The notes: generated by a model not told the origin, from the sequence alone. A stretch of 64,000 bases of DNA from Alphaproteobacteria bacterium (GCA_030041335.1 JASHOB010000037.1:11640-75639), one strand, 5' to 3'. Numbered from the stretch's first letter, positions 19,245-30,672 are shown. Numbers and translations are program-made.

Positions 19245-19635
19245 ATCCGAGGCTCGTCAGCACCAATCGCCTGCGATCACAACGGCGCGTCATCGCGGCT
19301 GCAAAATGGCGGCCGACTTCGGCGCAAGCGGCTGCATCGAATAGGCGTCGTCCGTTTGCAATTTGCCCTGAAAGGGCGCAGCGCCCCGCGGACTAACGAA
19401 ACTGAAGCGACGGAAACGAGCTCGTCGCGGAGGGTTCTCGACGCATTGGCCGGTGTTTGAAATCCGACGGCGTGTTCGTCTGAGAGGTTGCCGTCGATGG
19501 TGACGGCCCCAATCACGTTGTAAGTTTGGGTTGCGCCTTCTGTCCCGGCGCCATTGCGCGGGCGCGGCAGTGCGCTGGATTCGCTGCTCAGTCCCGAAAT
19601 TTATCTGGTCGCCTCAATAGGCACAACGCGAGAAT

Positions 19636-20979
19636 CTATTCCAAGGCTGCCGGTTGCGCGACTTGGGAGGTAGCGGGCGCATGGCCCGCTGTTTCGGTGT
19701 CGCGTACGGCTGGGAAGGTGTAGCGCCCGAGTGATGCCATAAGTATGACGGAAATGGCCATGCCGATCTGGCAAATGGTGAGAATCGGCGTGTATGAGTG
19801 ATTGGCATCATAGCTGGCACCAAACACGAAGGGTCCGACACCGGCGCCGATGACAAAGATGCCGTAGGTATAGGAATAGATTTCCGCGAGCGCCCGCAAA
19901 CCGAAATAGCGCGAGATGAAATAGGAAACGATTTCGCCCTCGGCGCCAAGACCGATGCCCAGGACGATGCCGCCAAGAATGATGACGGGCGGAGTACTGC
20001 CATATTGCAGGAGCAATGTCGCGATCAGCGGTGCCAGGAAGAAGATGAGCGACACACGCGGCGAATCGATGCGGTCCAGAAAATAGCCGGAAACGATCCG
20101 GCCGACGATCGACGTGAGGCCCGCCGCGGACAGCACGGCGATGCCGATTTGTGGCGTGAAGCCACGCACGGTCAACAAATTGACCGAATGAGCCAGGACG
20201 CCGAGCAACGTGATCGCGCCGATGAATTGGGCGATGGTAAGAAGCCAAAAGTTGCGCGTCTTGCGTGCCTCGGCCGCCGTCATACCCATTGCATCTGTCG
20301 GTAGCGCCGCTTTTTCCCGGCTGCGCCAGCCCTCCGGCTCGTAGAGCAAGAAATAGGCGACGGGGAGTGAGATGACGATAATCGCGCCGGACAGGGTCCA
20401 GTAGGCGGCACGCCACCCGTGCGCAAAAATGATCGGACCGATAACGAGCGGCATCAGTGCGCCGCCGATACCGCCCCCAACCCCAAGGCTAATGCCAAGG
20501 GCCAGGCCGCGATGGCGAAAAAACCATGCCGAAATCAGCTTCGAATAAGCGACCGGCCCAACGAACGCTGCCGACAGGCCGATAAAGAACCAGAAAATGT
20601 AAAGTTCGGTCAGTGATCCGTTGAGAAGCGACAAAAGGAAATTGACGATACCAAACGCCAGAATTCCCGGCAGCATGATAGCACGCGCGCCCCAACGGTC
20701 TGTCAAATAGCCGAGAAACGGCGAAGTGACCGCAACCGTAATGGACGAGATACCTTGAACGATGGAAAAGTCGGCGAGCCCCCAGTGGAACTCCGTGGTG
20801 ATTGGCCGCATCAACAACGGCAGGGTGTAAAAGATAACGGGGCCGGCGCCCAGAGCACTGCCGGTGAGGCCGGCAATCACCACACCGGTGGATTTGCCCG
20901 TCCATTCCGCCGTCAATTTTTCCTCCCCGGTCCGATCGCGACCGGCTCCATGAAACGCGACCACGCGGTAAAGGGACAA
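19636..20979 (-). CDS. MFS transporter
   Basis: 12-TM pattern. The start is uncertain because the ORF begins at a TTG and has no early ATG. It lies 51 bp downstream of the DHDPS-like gene on the same strand. Confidence 0.8.
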   Translation of the reverse strand: MSLYRVVAFHGAGRDRTGEEKLTAEWTGKSTGVVIAGLTGSALGAGPVIFYTLPLLMRPITTEFHWGLADFSIVQGISSITVAVTSPFLGYLTDRWGARAIMLPGILAFGIVNFLLSLLNGSLTELYIFWFFIGLSAAFVGPVAYSKLISAWFFRHRGLALGISLGVGGGIGGALMPLVIGPIIFAHGWRAAYWTLSGAIIVISLPVAYFLLYEPEGWRSREKAALPTDAMGMTAAEARKTRNFWLLTIAQFIGAITLLGVLAHSVNLLTVRGFTPQIGIAVLSAAGLTSIVGRIVSGYFLDRIDSPRVSLIFFLAPLIATLLLQYGSTPPVIILGGIVLGIGLGAEGEIVSYFISRYFGLRALAEIYSYTYGIFVIGAGVGPFVFGASYDANHSYTPILTICQIGMAISVILMASLGRYTFPAVRDTETAGHAPATSQVAQPAALE

Positions 20980-21030
20980 TCGTATCTTCGGATCGGAGGT
21001 ATCAGCCGGGGCGATAGACGCTGAACCCGC

Positions 21031-22050
21031 TTAGGCGGGGTTTCGCCCAACGAAGAAGTCCCGGTTAGGCTCATTTGCGGGAAGAATTTTGGAGGCTGCC
21101 AAGCCAGCTCGCAACACATTCATCTGGGCATCATGAATGCGCATTGTTGGCTGTCGTAACGGTCCGCCATTGTAGCCCTGTAGCCAAGCTTCGAATTTCC
21201 ATTGCATGCGGTTGATAAAAAAACCGCCGCCAAGAGTTTGTTGGACGGCGCCTTTGGCGCGGCGGGCCGCTTGGAGCTGCCAATAGAGCTGCGTCGCCTC
21301 GTCATGGGCACCTTCCTCAAGGAGTCGATAGATCCGCGGCATCATCGGCCCATAATATTCGTGGTCGCTGGTGGCCGAGACTCGAATGGGAATGAGTTGT
21401 GCCAGCGGAATGAAATCCGCCTCGATTGGGCAGGAAATCACAACTTCTTTGCCAAAATGCCGGTAGCACTCGACCACCCCCATGATTCCCGGAAAGCCGC
21501 CCTCCGCCTTGATTGCAACCACGTTCGGACAATCCTTAATGAGCCGGCGGATAAGCGAAACCGGGATGTCCGATGCATGGATCCGGGGCGAAAAGCCCCA
21601 GAGCATCATCGGAAACAATATGATGCCAAGCGAGGTAGCGTCGCAGATCGCACGCGTGTAGTCGTAAATGTCCTGTTCGCTTTCGGGGTAGAAGTTGGGC
21701 GGATAGGACAGCAAGACCAGGTCGGCGCCGCTCCTCTCGGCGATCTTAAGCGCCTCGAGATTGTCCTCGAGTGTGCTCCAACTTCCATGATGCACAAGGA
21801 TTTGGCGGTTCCCTGCCTCATCGCGTGCGATCTCGAAAAACCGCCGATATTCGTCGACAGTAATGGCAACCTCGGACACCAAGAGCGTGCCCGCAAAGCC
21901 GAGTTCGATGTTCCTGCGGACATCGTGGCGGATGGCCCTTTCGTTGATGTCCCTGAGATTGGCGGTGAAAGAGGGGATGATCACATCCACCACCCCTCGC
22001 AGGTTTGCCTTCGCCCAGTCCCGCGCCTCGCCGTTGCCGTAGGTTGGCAT
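21031..22050 (-). CDS. dihydrodipicolinate synthase/N-acetylneuraminate lyase family protein (class I aldolase-like)
   Basis: I chose the start MPTYGNGEARDW because an AAAGGAGACGG RBS lies about 8 nt upstream. Schiff-base Lys context VVAIKAEGG. The long N-terminal extension in the ORF track is Arg-rich shadow. Confidence 0.8.
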   Translation of the reverse strand: MPTYGNGEARDWAKANLRGVVDVIIPSFTANLRDINERAIRHDVRRNIELGFAGTLLVSEVAITVDEYRRFFEIARDEAGNRQILVHHGSWSTLEDNLEALKIAERSGADLVLLSYPPNFYPESEQDIYDYTRAICDATSLGIILFPMMLWGFSPRIHASDIPVSLIRRLIKDCPNVVAIKAEGGFPGIMGVVECYRHFGKEVVISCPIEADFIPLAQLIPIRVSATSDHEYYGPMMPRIYRLLEEGAHDEATQLYWQLQAARRAKGAVQQTLGGGFFINRMQWKFEAWLQGYNGGPLRQPTMRIHDAQMNVLRAGLAASKILPANEPNRDFFVGRNPA

Positions 22051-22067
22051 TAGCCGTCTCCTTTCGC

Positions 22068-23045
22068 TCATGCCTTGACCGAGAACTCGACCGGCAACGC
22101 CGTCGCTGATCCGGCCTCGAGCGCCTTCTTCAGCAGGTGCTCGGCCACGACGATGTCCTGGAGTCCACTGCCTACCGATTTGAAGAGCGGCAGTTTCGCG
22201 TCGGCCAAATTTTGCGCTGCCTCGCCGCACAGTACCGAGTGCAGCGCCACGGTCTTTCCCGCAACCGGGATTCCAGCTCGCGCTGCTTCGATCATGTCCC
22301 CGGTCTGATGCAGGACTTCGTCGACGACATCGCATACGATCAAGTCAGACTTTGCCACAACAGAGACGTCGATCTCGCGCTGCTCGGGAACTGTTGAGCC
22401 GATCGATACGACGACGGTACCGGGTGAAAGCCAATCGCCGTAGACGATCGGCCGTTCGCCCCGAGAGCGCGCGGCGGCGAGGACGACCGTCGCGCCGCTT
22501 ACCGCGGCCTCCGCCGCATCGACGACGGCAACGGGGATGCCTAACTCTTTCTCGATGCTTGCGGCGAATGCTTTGCGCCGCGCCGCCGTCGGGCTGAACA
22601 CGCTGATGGCCTCAATCGGGCGCACCGTCGCGAACGCTCGGACATGCGTTCCAGCTTCAAGACCGCTACCCAAGACGCCTAGGCGCATCGGTGCCTCGCG
22701 TGCGAGCTCGTTAAGTGCGACCGCGGACGTCGCCGCGGTGCGAAATGCCGTTACCAATTCGCCATCGACAAAGGCAGCGATGCGGCTGGTAAGATGGTCG
22801 AACAGGACGATGACATACTGGACGCCGGGCCGCGATGCGCGGCCAAACGAGCCGCCCATCAGCTTGGCGCCGAAATAACGGCCTCCGGCAGGGATCGCAG
22901 GCAGCGTCCGCAGCCAGCTTCCGCCGAAACGGGCGACAGTGCGCGCCGGGGTTGCCGCCTCGGCTTGTTGTTCACGATACGCCTTCGCGAGGCAGTCAAT
23001 GACCTCATCCCATCGGAGGAGTTCTCGGGCAGCGTCCGAGGACAC
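22068..23045 (-). CDS. ornithine cyclodeaminase/mu-crystallin family protein
   Basis: Rossmann motif LGVLGSGLEAGTHV plus C-terminal SVGSGLQD. There is no in-frame ATG near the N-terminus, so I propose GTG at 23045 (VSSDAARELLRWDEV...). Start uncertain. Confidence 0.8.
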   Translation of the reverse strand: MSSDAARELLRWDEVIDCLAKAYREQQAEAATPARTVARFGGSWLRTLPAIPAGGRYFGAKLMGGSFGRASRPGVQYVIVLFDHLTSRIAAFVDGELVTAFRTAATSAVALNELAREAPMRLGVLGSGLEAGTHVRAFATVRPIEAISVFSPTAARRKAFAASIEKELGIPVAVVDAAEAAVSGATVVLAAARSRGERPIVYGDWLSPGTVVVSIGSTVPEQREIDVSVVAKSDLIVCDVVDEVLHQTGDMIEAARAGIPVAGKTVALHSVLCGEAAQNLADAKLPLFKSVGSGLQDIVVAEHLLKKALEAGSATALPVEFSVKA

Positions 23046-23095
23046 GAAATAGACGTGGCCAGCAGCGGTTATCAGACCGCTTTCGGGCAGAGTGC

Positions 23096-24010
23096 CTAGA
23101 CCGGCGGGGTCTGCCACAGCGCGGGGTCCGGCGTCGGCTTTGCCATTCCCTGTGGGCCGTCGGACAGGACGGAAGTGCCCCACTGGTCAGTTATCTCGAA
23201 GCTCGGCGGATATACAGTAGGCTTCCAGGTGGCATCGTCGACGCGGTCCACCTCGGCCGTGTATTCGAGACTGTTGCCGACTGGATCAAGGAAATACGAG
23301 AACGTGTTGTTGCCGGCGGTGTGACGCCCCGGCCCCCACTTCAACGTCACCTTGGCCTTCAGCAGCCGTCCCGCGCCGCGCATCATCTCGTCGACGTCGC
23401 GCATTTCGTAGGCGACATGGTTGAGGCAGGCGGGGCCTGGGATGAAAGCGATGCTATGGTGAACCTCGTTGCACCGTAGGAAGGACATGAAGTCACCGAG
23501 CCAGTCGCTTACCTTGAAGCCGAGCTGCTCTTCGTAGAAGTTGACTGACTTTTTGATATCGGGGGTGTGCAGGACGACGTGCGACAGCACGGCCGGGATG
23601 CTTTCGCCACGTTTCAATTCGCGCGGCGCGACCGTTGCGACATCGCTCGATATCTCTAATGTGTGTCCGTGAGGATCGAAGCAGCGAAAACCGTAGCCGC
23701 CGCCAGGACTATCCAATCGCTTCGGGTCTGAGATGAGCTTGACGCCACCTCGAGCGAACCGTTGGGCGAGGGCGTCGACGGTTCCGCGGTTGTCCACCGC
23801 GAAACCGATGACATCGAGGCTCCGCTTTGCTGCGCCGCGCCAACGCGTGATGAACGGTTCGGTAGAGCCGGGGGCGCGGAAATAGGCGAGCTCGCCGTCG
23901 GTTACAACTTCCTCTAAGCCCCAAGGGTCCTGGAGGAAATCTCGCTCGGTGGCGTAGTTCGGTCCGGCCAGGCCGACATACCGGAGCTTGGTGACGCGCG
24001 GATCGCTCAT
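23096..24010 (-). CDS. type I extradiol ring-cleavage dioxygenase (VOC superfamily, two-domain)
   Basis: 304 aa. Candidate 2-His-1-Glu triad contexts LSHVVLH, LNHVAYEM and SLEYTAE. Duplicated glyoxalase-fold modules. Confidence 0.85.
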   Translation of the reverse strand: MSDPRVTKLRYVGLAGPNYATERDFLQDPWGLEEVVTDGELAYFRAPGSTEPFITRWRGAAKRSLDVIGFAVDNRGTVDALAQRFARGGVKLISDPKRLDSPGGGYGFRCFDPHGHTLEISSDVATVAPRELKRGESIPAVLSHVVLHTPDIKKSVNFYEEQLGFKVSDWLGDFMSFLRCNEVHHSIAFIPGPACLNHVAYEMRDVDEMMRGAGRLLKAKVTLKWGPGRHTAGNNTFSYFLDPVGNSLEYTAEVDRVDDATWKPTVYPPSFEITDQWGTSVLSDGPQGMAKPTPDPALWQTPPV

Positions 24011-24082
24011 GCCTTTCCTCTCGCTGCTGTGCCGAGACTAGCGGGCACCGCCCGCCGCGGAAAATTTGATGTCACAATACCA

Positions 24083-24103
24083 CCCATCACCCGGATGGAT
24101 GGG
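24083..24103. promoter_or_regulatory. candidate LysR/NodD-type operator CCCATC-N9-GATGGG (contains ATC-N9-GAT)
   Basis: Perfect 6-bp inverted repeat, read directly. It lies in the 159-bp divergent region, about 73 bp upstream of the dioxygenase ATG and about 67 bp upstream of the LysR GTG. Confidence 0.5.
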
Positions 24104-24169
24104 CCATTTTCAAGCCGTGTTTATGGTAATCTGACGAGAAAAATTGCCAAGCAATGATGGGAGGACATC

Positions 24170-25072
24170 GTGAACCTGGTGCAGTTCGATCTCAATCTGC
24201 TGGTAGCGCTACACGCATTGCTGCGCGAACGCAACGTCACCCGCGCCGGCCAACGGATCGGCCTTAGCCAGCCGGCGATGAGCGGTACGCTAGCGCGGCT
24301 ACGCGAGCTTTTCCATGACGAACTGCTGGTGCGGGTCGGCCGCAATCTCGAGCTGACGCCACTGGCACAGGAACTGTGCGAGCCGCTACGCCAATGTATC
24401 GAGCGGATCGAGGACATGATGGATCAGCGTCGCCCGTTCACGCCGGCACGGGAAAATCGCAGCTTCACCGTCGCCGCCTCGGACTATGCCGCCTTCATGC
24501 TGTTGCCGTCGCTGCTCGACCGGCTGAGCCGCGAGGCGCCGGGCGTCACCGTGAAGTTCACCCAACTTGATGCGCGCTCGCCGGAGCTGCTTGCGAACGA
24601 TCGGGTCGATTTTGTCGTCATGCCATCGGAGATCCAGACCAACAATCCGGGAGAACTGCTGTTCATTGATCACTGGGTATGTGTCGCCTGGTCGAAGCAT
24701 CCCGAACTCGCCGATCAGCTGACCCCGGACAAATTCTGCGCTCTGCCGCATATCGGCTACGAATTGCCGGAGCATGACGGACACTCGGTCGCCGACCTGC
24801 ATCTTTCGCATTTGCAGATACGCCGTCGTGTCGCCGCCACCACCGAAAGCTTCCTGATGGCGCCATTTCTGCTGCGCGGTACGCAGTTGATCACAGTCAC
24901 CCACCATCGCCTCGCCGAACGCGTCAAGGATGCGGCGGACATTCGCATTTTTGATCCGCCTTATCCGATGCCCGACATCCACGAGAGCATCTATTGGAAC
25001 CCGCGTCACGCCAGCACGCCGTCGCATCGCTGGCTGCGCTCGATCTTTGTCGAGGTCGCGCGGCAACTGTGA
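24170..25072 (+). CDS. LysR family transcriptional regulator (NodD-like)
   Basis: N-terminal wHTH FDLNLLVALHALLRERNVTRAGQRIGLSQPAMSGTLARLRE, 300 aa. Divergent from the dioxygenase operon. Confidence 0.9.
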   Translation: MNLVQFDLNLLVALHALLRERNVTRAGQRIGLSQPAMSGTLARLRELFHDELLVRVGRNLELTPLAQELCEPLRQCIERIEDMMDQRRPFTPARENRSFTVAASDYAAFMLLPSLLDRLSREAPGVTVKFTQLDARSPELLANDRVDFVVMPSEIQTNNPGELLFIDHWVCVAWSKHPELADQLTPDKFCALPHIGYELPEHDGHSVADLHLSHLQIRRRVAATTESFLMAPFLLRGTQLITVTHHRLAERVKDAADIRIFDPPYPMPDIHESIYWNPRHASTPSHRWLRSIFVEVARQL

Positions 25073-25187
25073 CCGAATGCTGTGTGACCAAGGCGGTGCT
25101 AACCATCGGCTTCGCCGATAGCTTACATCGCAATATCCCATTGGTCGCCGCCGCGTCCCTGGTTATCGTGTGCCCAGAGAGGTACAG

Positions 25188-26237
25188 ATGACCGACGCGA
25201 CGTCGTTGCCGGACGGTGTTCACTTCGTCGGCAGTATCGCGCTCGACAGCGTCCCCGAGGTGTTCCGCGTCTGCGGCACCACGCTAGGACGGCGCCTCAA
25301 ACGCATGCCCGACGGTGAGCCCGGTGGTCGCCGGCTATGGCTTAGCTGGCAATATCCGCTGCTGCGTGCCAGCCCCTATCTCGAGGTCAACCCGGCGCAG
25401 CCTTCGGTCGCGACCGGCTTCTCCCTGTTGCGCCTCGCCGACGGCGTGAAGCCGGAAGAAGTAGGCTTCGGCGAGTTGGGCTACGCACGGGAGGCACGGG
25501 CCTCCTACCAGGATTTTTTGAGAGCACGCGATAACGGCGAGATCGCCACCGCCACGAGACTTCAGGTTGCTCTGCCCACCAAGCTGGCCGTAATCGGCGC
25601 ATTTTGTCCGGGGCCCGATATGCCGGCGATTGAGCAAGCCTACGAGCGGGCGATGGTCCGTGAGGTTGCTGCTATCGCCGAGCGTATTCCGCACCACGAT
25701 CTCTGCATTCAGTGGGATGTGTGTATCGAGATGGTGATGTATGACGGGCAATTGACGAGGTTCACGCCACCGGGCTGGCATGATGTTGGCGCCGAGATCG
25801 CGGCGCGCATGAAGCGGCTCGGCGAGGCGCTAGCGGCCGATGTCGAACGCGGCGTTCATCTCTGTTACGGCGATTGGGAGGCGCGTCATTTTGTTGAGCC
25901 GAAGGACATGAGAAAGATGGTGGAGCTCGCCAATCTGATCGCCGGCGCGATTTCCCGTCCAATCGCTTATATCCACATGCCGGTACCGATCGAGCGCAGC
26001 GACGACGCCTTCTTCGCGCCGCTGCGTGAGTTAAAGCTCGGACCAAAGACCGAACTGATCCTTAGCCTGGTCCATAATGATGGCGTCGACGCCACCAAGA
26101 CGCGGATTGCCGCGGCGCAAAAATTCATGCCGACGTTTGGCGTTGCCACCGAATGCGGCATTGCGCGCCAACGTCGCCCGGAGCTGGTAAAATCGCTGAT
26201 CCAGATTCACGCCCAAGTCTCGAGGATGCCGACATGA
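25188..26237 (+). CDS. MetE C-terminal-domain-like (cobalamin-independent methionine synthase-like) putative Zn protein, function unknown
   Basis: Start MTDATSLPDG follows AGAGAGG. VHLCYGDW, PIERSDD and ATECGIARQ line up by eye with the E. coli MetE Zn-site contexts HTHMCY, IETSRSD and NPDCGLKTR (from memory). Confidence 0.5.
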   Translation: MTDATSLPDGVHFVGSIALDSVPEVFRVCGTTLGRRLKRMPDGEPGGRRLWLSWQYPLLRASPYLEVNPAQPSVATGFSLLRLADGVKPEEVGFGELGYAREARASYQDFLRARDNGEIATATRLQVALPTKLAVIGAFCPGPDMPAIEQAYERAMVREVAAIAERIPHHDLCIQWDVCIEMVMYDGQLTRFTPPGWHDVGAEIAARMKRLGEALAADVERGVHLCYGDWEARHFVEPKDMRKMVELANLIAGAISRPIAYIHMPVPIERSDDAFFAPLRELKLGPKTELILSLVHNDGVDATKTRIAAAQKFMPTFGVATECGIARQRRPELVKSLIQIHAQVSRMPT

Positions 26238-27229
26238 CCGCGAAGCCGGACCTCACCGACTTTGCACTCGGCACGTTTTCCGTTGCCGGCGCGACGCCGT
26301 TCGCCGGGCTGGTAATTGATGGCCGCGTGATTGCCGGCGGAACCGAATCGGTGCTTCAACTTTTGCAGCGTTGGCATGAGGCTTTTCCGGCGCTGCGACG
26401 GCTTGCGGACGATTTTCGTGCCGGTTCACGTTCGGCAGAACTGCGGGAGCGCTCGGCGCCGGTCGAAAGCTTGCGTATGCATCCGCCCGTGTATCTTCCT
26501 CGCAACGTCTATTGCGCTGGGATGAATTACCGCAAGCACGTCATCGATCTGATCATGTCGCAATCCGGGGTCGCGGATCGGCCTGGCCTAAGCGAATCCG
26601 AACGCCGTGCCGAGGCGGAGAAGACCATGGATGTGCGAGCGTCGAGCGGGGAGCCGTTCGTCTTCATAAAGGCGGCATCCTCCGTCGTCGGGGCGCGGGA
26701 TCCGGTTCCGCTACCCGAGGGGGTGACTCGGCCCGATTGGGAATTGGAGCTCGGAGTGGTGATGGGGCGCCCTGCGCGGCATGTGAAGCGTGATGAAGCG
26801 CTGAAATATGTCGCCGGCTATGCGATCGTGAATGACATCACGGCACGCGATCGCATCAACCACAAGGAAATGCGCTTCGATTGGCTCAAGGGAAAATCGC
26901 AGCCGGGATTCCTACCGTTCGGCCCCTATCTGGTGCCCGCGGCGTTTGTCCCCGATCCGCAAGGGTTGCGCCTGACGCTAAAACTCAACGGTCAGGTCAT
27001 GCAGAACGAGTCGAGCGCCGACATGATCTACGGCGTTGCGCGGCTGATCGAGTATCTCTCGGAGCACGTTCAGCTCTTGCCCGGCGATCTGATCTGCACC
27101 GGGTCGCCCGCGGGCAACGGCGCCCATTATAACCGTTTCCTTCGCCCCGGCGACGTGATGGAAACGGAAATCGACGGCCTCGGGACGCAACGCAACATGT
27201 GTAGCGTCGAAGGCAGGCGGGAAGGCTGA
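26234..27229 (+). CDS. fumarylacetoacetate hydrolase (FAH) family protein
   Basis: Start MTAKPDLTDF overlaps the upstream stop as ATGA. FAH motifs GMNYRKHV, ELELGVVMG, NDITARD, KGKS, GSPAG. Confidence 0.85.
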   Translation: MTAKPDLTDFALGTFSVAGATPFAGLVIDGRVIAGGTESVLQLLQRWHEAFPALRRLADDFRAGSRSAELRERSAPVESLRMHPPVYLPRNVYCAGMNYRKHVIDLIMSQSGVADRPGLSESERRAEAEKTMDVRASSGEPFVFIKAASSVVGARDPVPLPEGVTRPDWELELGVVMGRPARHVKRDEALKYVAGYAIVNDITARDRINHKEMRFDWLKGKSQPGFLPFGPYLVPAAFVPDPQGLRLTLKLNGQVMQNESSADMIYGVARLIEYLSEHVQLLPGDLICTGSPAGNGAHYNRFLRPGDVMETEIDGLGTQRNMCSVEGRREG

Positions 27230-27230
27230 C

Positions 27231-28415
27231 ATGGCAAGATTCTCCTATACGCGCGACGCCCTGATCGAACGTGCGAGGACGCTGGCACCATTGCTAAGCC
27301 AGCGCGCGGCCGAGACCGAAAGGTTACGGCGTCTCCCGGAGCAGACGCTCGCGGATTTTCGGCGGGCCGGGCTGATGGGGTTGCTCAAGCCGCAAAGATT
27401 CGGCGGCCCCGAAGTGCGCATCGACACGGCCATGGAGGTGACGGCCGAGTTGGCACGCGGCGACGGCTCGGCGGCCTGGGTCTGGGTTATTCTCGCCTGC
27501 CATGACACGCTCGCCGCGTTTTTTTCGGAGGCGGCCCAAGAGGAGTTCTGGGTCGAGCCGGACGCGCTGATGGCTTCCAGCTTTGCACCATCAGGCAAGG
27601 CGGAGGGCGCAGAAGGCGGCTATCGTTTATCCGGCAAGTGGTCCTACTGCAGTGGCGTCGATTGCGCGCAATGGCTCATGCTCGGCGCGATCGCTGGTAT
27701 GCGCAGCGTCGATCCGCCGCTACCGGAACTGATTTACACGCTGGTCCCGCGTCAGGACGTGACGGTAATCGACGATTGGTACGTCATGGGTTTGCGCGGC
27801 ACCGGCAGCAAAAGCGTCGTCGCCAGCGACATTTTCGTACCCGCGTACCGCACGTTTTCCTGGACCGCCGCGGGCGACGGCACTACGCCAGGGACGAAAG
27901 TACACCCAAGTCCGCTCTATCGTGCGCCGATGATGGCATTCTTTCCCTTCTTCATCTCCTCGCCGGGGGCAGGCATCGCCCGCGGCGGCCTCGATGCATT
28001 CGTCTCCGAAATGAAGGAACGTCGGCTGCAAGACGGCTCTCCGATGGGCCGGGTGCCAGGCGTACAGATGCGTGTCGCCGAAGCTTCGGCCCTGATCGAT
28101 GCCGCCGATCTGCTCTATAAGCGCTCGCTACGTGAGACGATGGACAAGATTTTTGCCGGCGAGAGGCTCGATCTCGAGCATCGCGCCCGTAGCCGCCGCG
28201 ATCAAACCTATTCGCTGGTGCTCGCGAAACGTGCGGTGGAGTTATTGTTCTCAGCCGAGGGCGCGCGAGGCCTTTATGACGACCATCCGGTGCAACGTGC
28301 CGCCCGTGATCTGCACGCGGTGTCGTCGCATTTGGTCGCGACCTGGGACGCCCCGGCAGCGGCCTACGGCGCCGTCAGGCTGGGTTTTGCTCCGGCGCCG
28401 AATTTTCCCTTGTGA
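27231..28415 (+). CDS. acyl-CoA-dehydrogenase-fold flavin-dependent monooxygenase, oxygenase component (HsaA/C2-HpaH/DszC-like)
   Basis: 394 aa. N-terminus ...AAETERLRRLPEQTLADFRRAGLMGLLKPQRFGG, then YRLSGKWSYCSG and GLRGTGS. This is the pattern of ACAD-type two-component monooxygenases. Confidence 0.8.
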   Translation: MARFSYTRDALIERARTLAPLLSQRAAETERLRRLPEQTLADFRRAGLMGLLKPQRFGGPEVRIDTAMEVTAELARGDGSAAWVWVILACHDTLAAFFSEAAQEEFWVEPDALMASSFAPSGKAEGAEGGYRLSGKWSYCSGVDCAQWLMLGAIAGMRSVDPPLPELIYTLVPRQDVTVIDDWYVMGLRGTGSKSVVASDIFVPAYRTFSWTAAGDGTTPGTKVHPSPLYRAPMMAFFPFFISSPGAGIARGGLDAFVSEMKERRLQDGSPMGRVPGVQMRVAEASALIDAADLLYKRSLRETMDKIFAGERLDLEHRARSRRDQTYSLVLAKRAVELLFSAEGARGLYDDHPVQRAARDLHAVSSHLVATWDAPAAAYGAVRLGFAPAPNFPL

Positions 28416-28425
28416 CAACGCCACG

Positions 28426-28452
28426 GCGATCGCCAAGCGCGGTCGCTTTTTT
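28426..28452 (+). terminator. Rho-independent terminator
   Basis: GCGATCGC-caagc-GCGGTCGC (8-bp stem with one G.U pair) followed by TTTTTT, 10 nt after the stop at 28415. Confidence 0.65.
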
Positions 28453-28983
28453 GCCGAAACCGAACCCGGAGCGGCCGGTGTCTTTCTCCAGGCGGGTCGG
28501 TGGCACTGGGAAAGTTGACGAACAGAGCCGGCGCGAGTGTTCTGACTGAAATTGAGCGACGTGAGGACGGACAGGCAAGCGATAGCCCGCAGATTTCCGG
28601 AGTCCTTCTGCACACGCAATCGGCGTTCGTGGTCGCAAGATCGCTCCCCCTCTGCTTCCGCCACCTCGATGCGCGGTCATGCCACCCGTTTTGCGATGGT
28701 GGGGCGGCGAGCCGGAGTTGTGGCACGGATCAACCAGCTTTCGGATACGAAGACTGCGATGAGTTCCGCGTTCTTGACACCGATGTCCGCACGGGTCGCC
28801 CGGCGATGTGGCTGGGAGCGAAAAATTATTGCATTTTGGTGAATGGGGACATGCCCAACATAAAACCCCTGGAACGGATCCGACATCTGAGAGAGAATCC
28901 AATGTTGTCTCGGCTATTCTCGTGGTGAACGGGCGAGTTGTCAGTTAGCCGCGGTGGCGAAAGCGCCTGGGGCGAAGCTCTGA

Positions 28984-30672
<1,689 letters not shown>

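Noticed and set aside
19277-19516. 79-aa minus-strand ORF (VTIDGNLSDEHAVGFQT...) in the 390-bp gap after cytochrome b561
   Set aside because: It may be a fragment of a surface-protein gene, but it is short, lacks start context and has no motif. Unsupported.
28501-28520. Sigma-54-like TGGCAC element
   Set aside because: TGGCAC is followed by tggga-AAGT rather than the required TTGC at N5 spacing. It does not fit the -24/-12 consensus.
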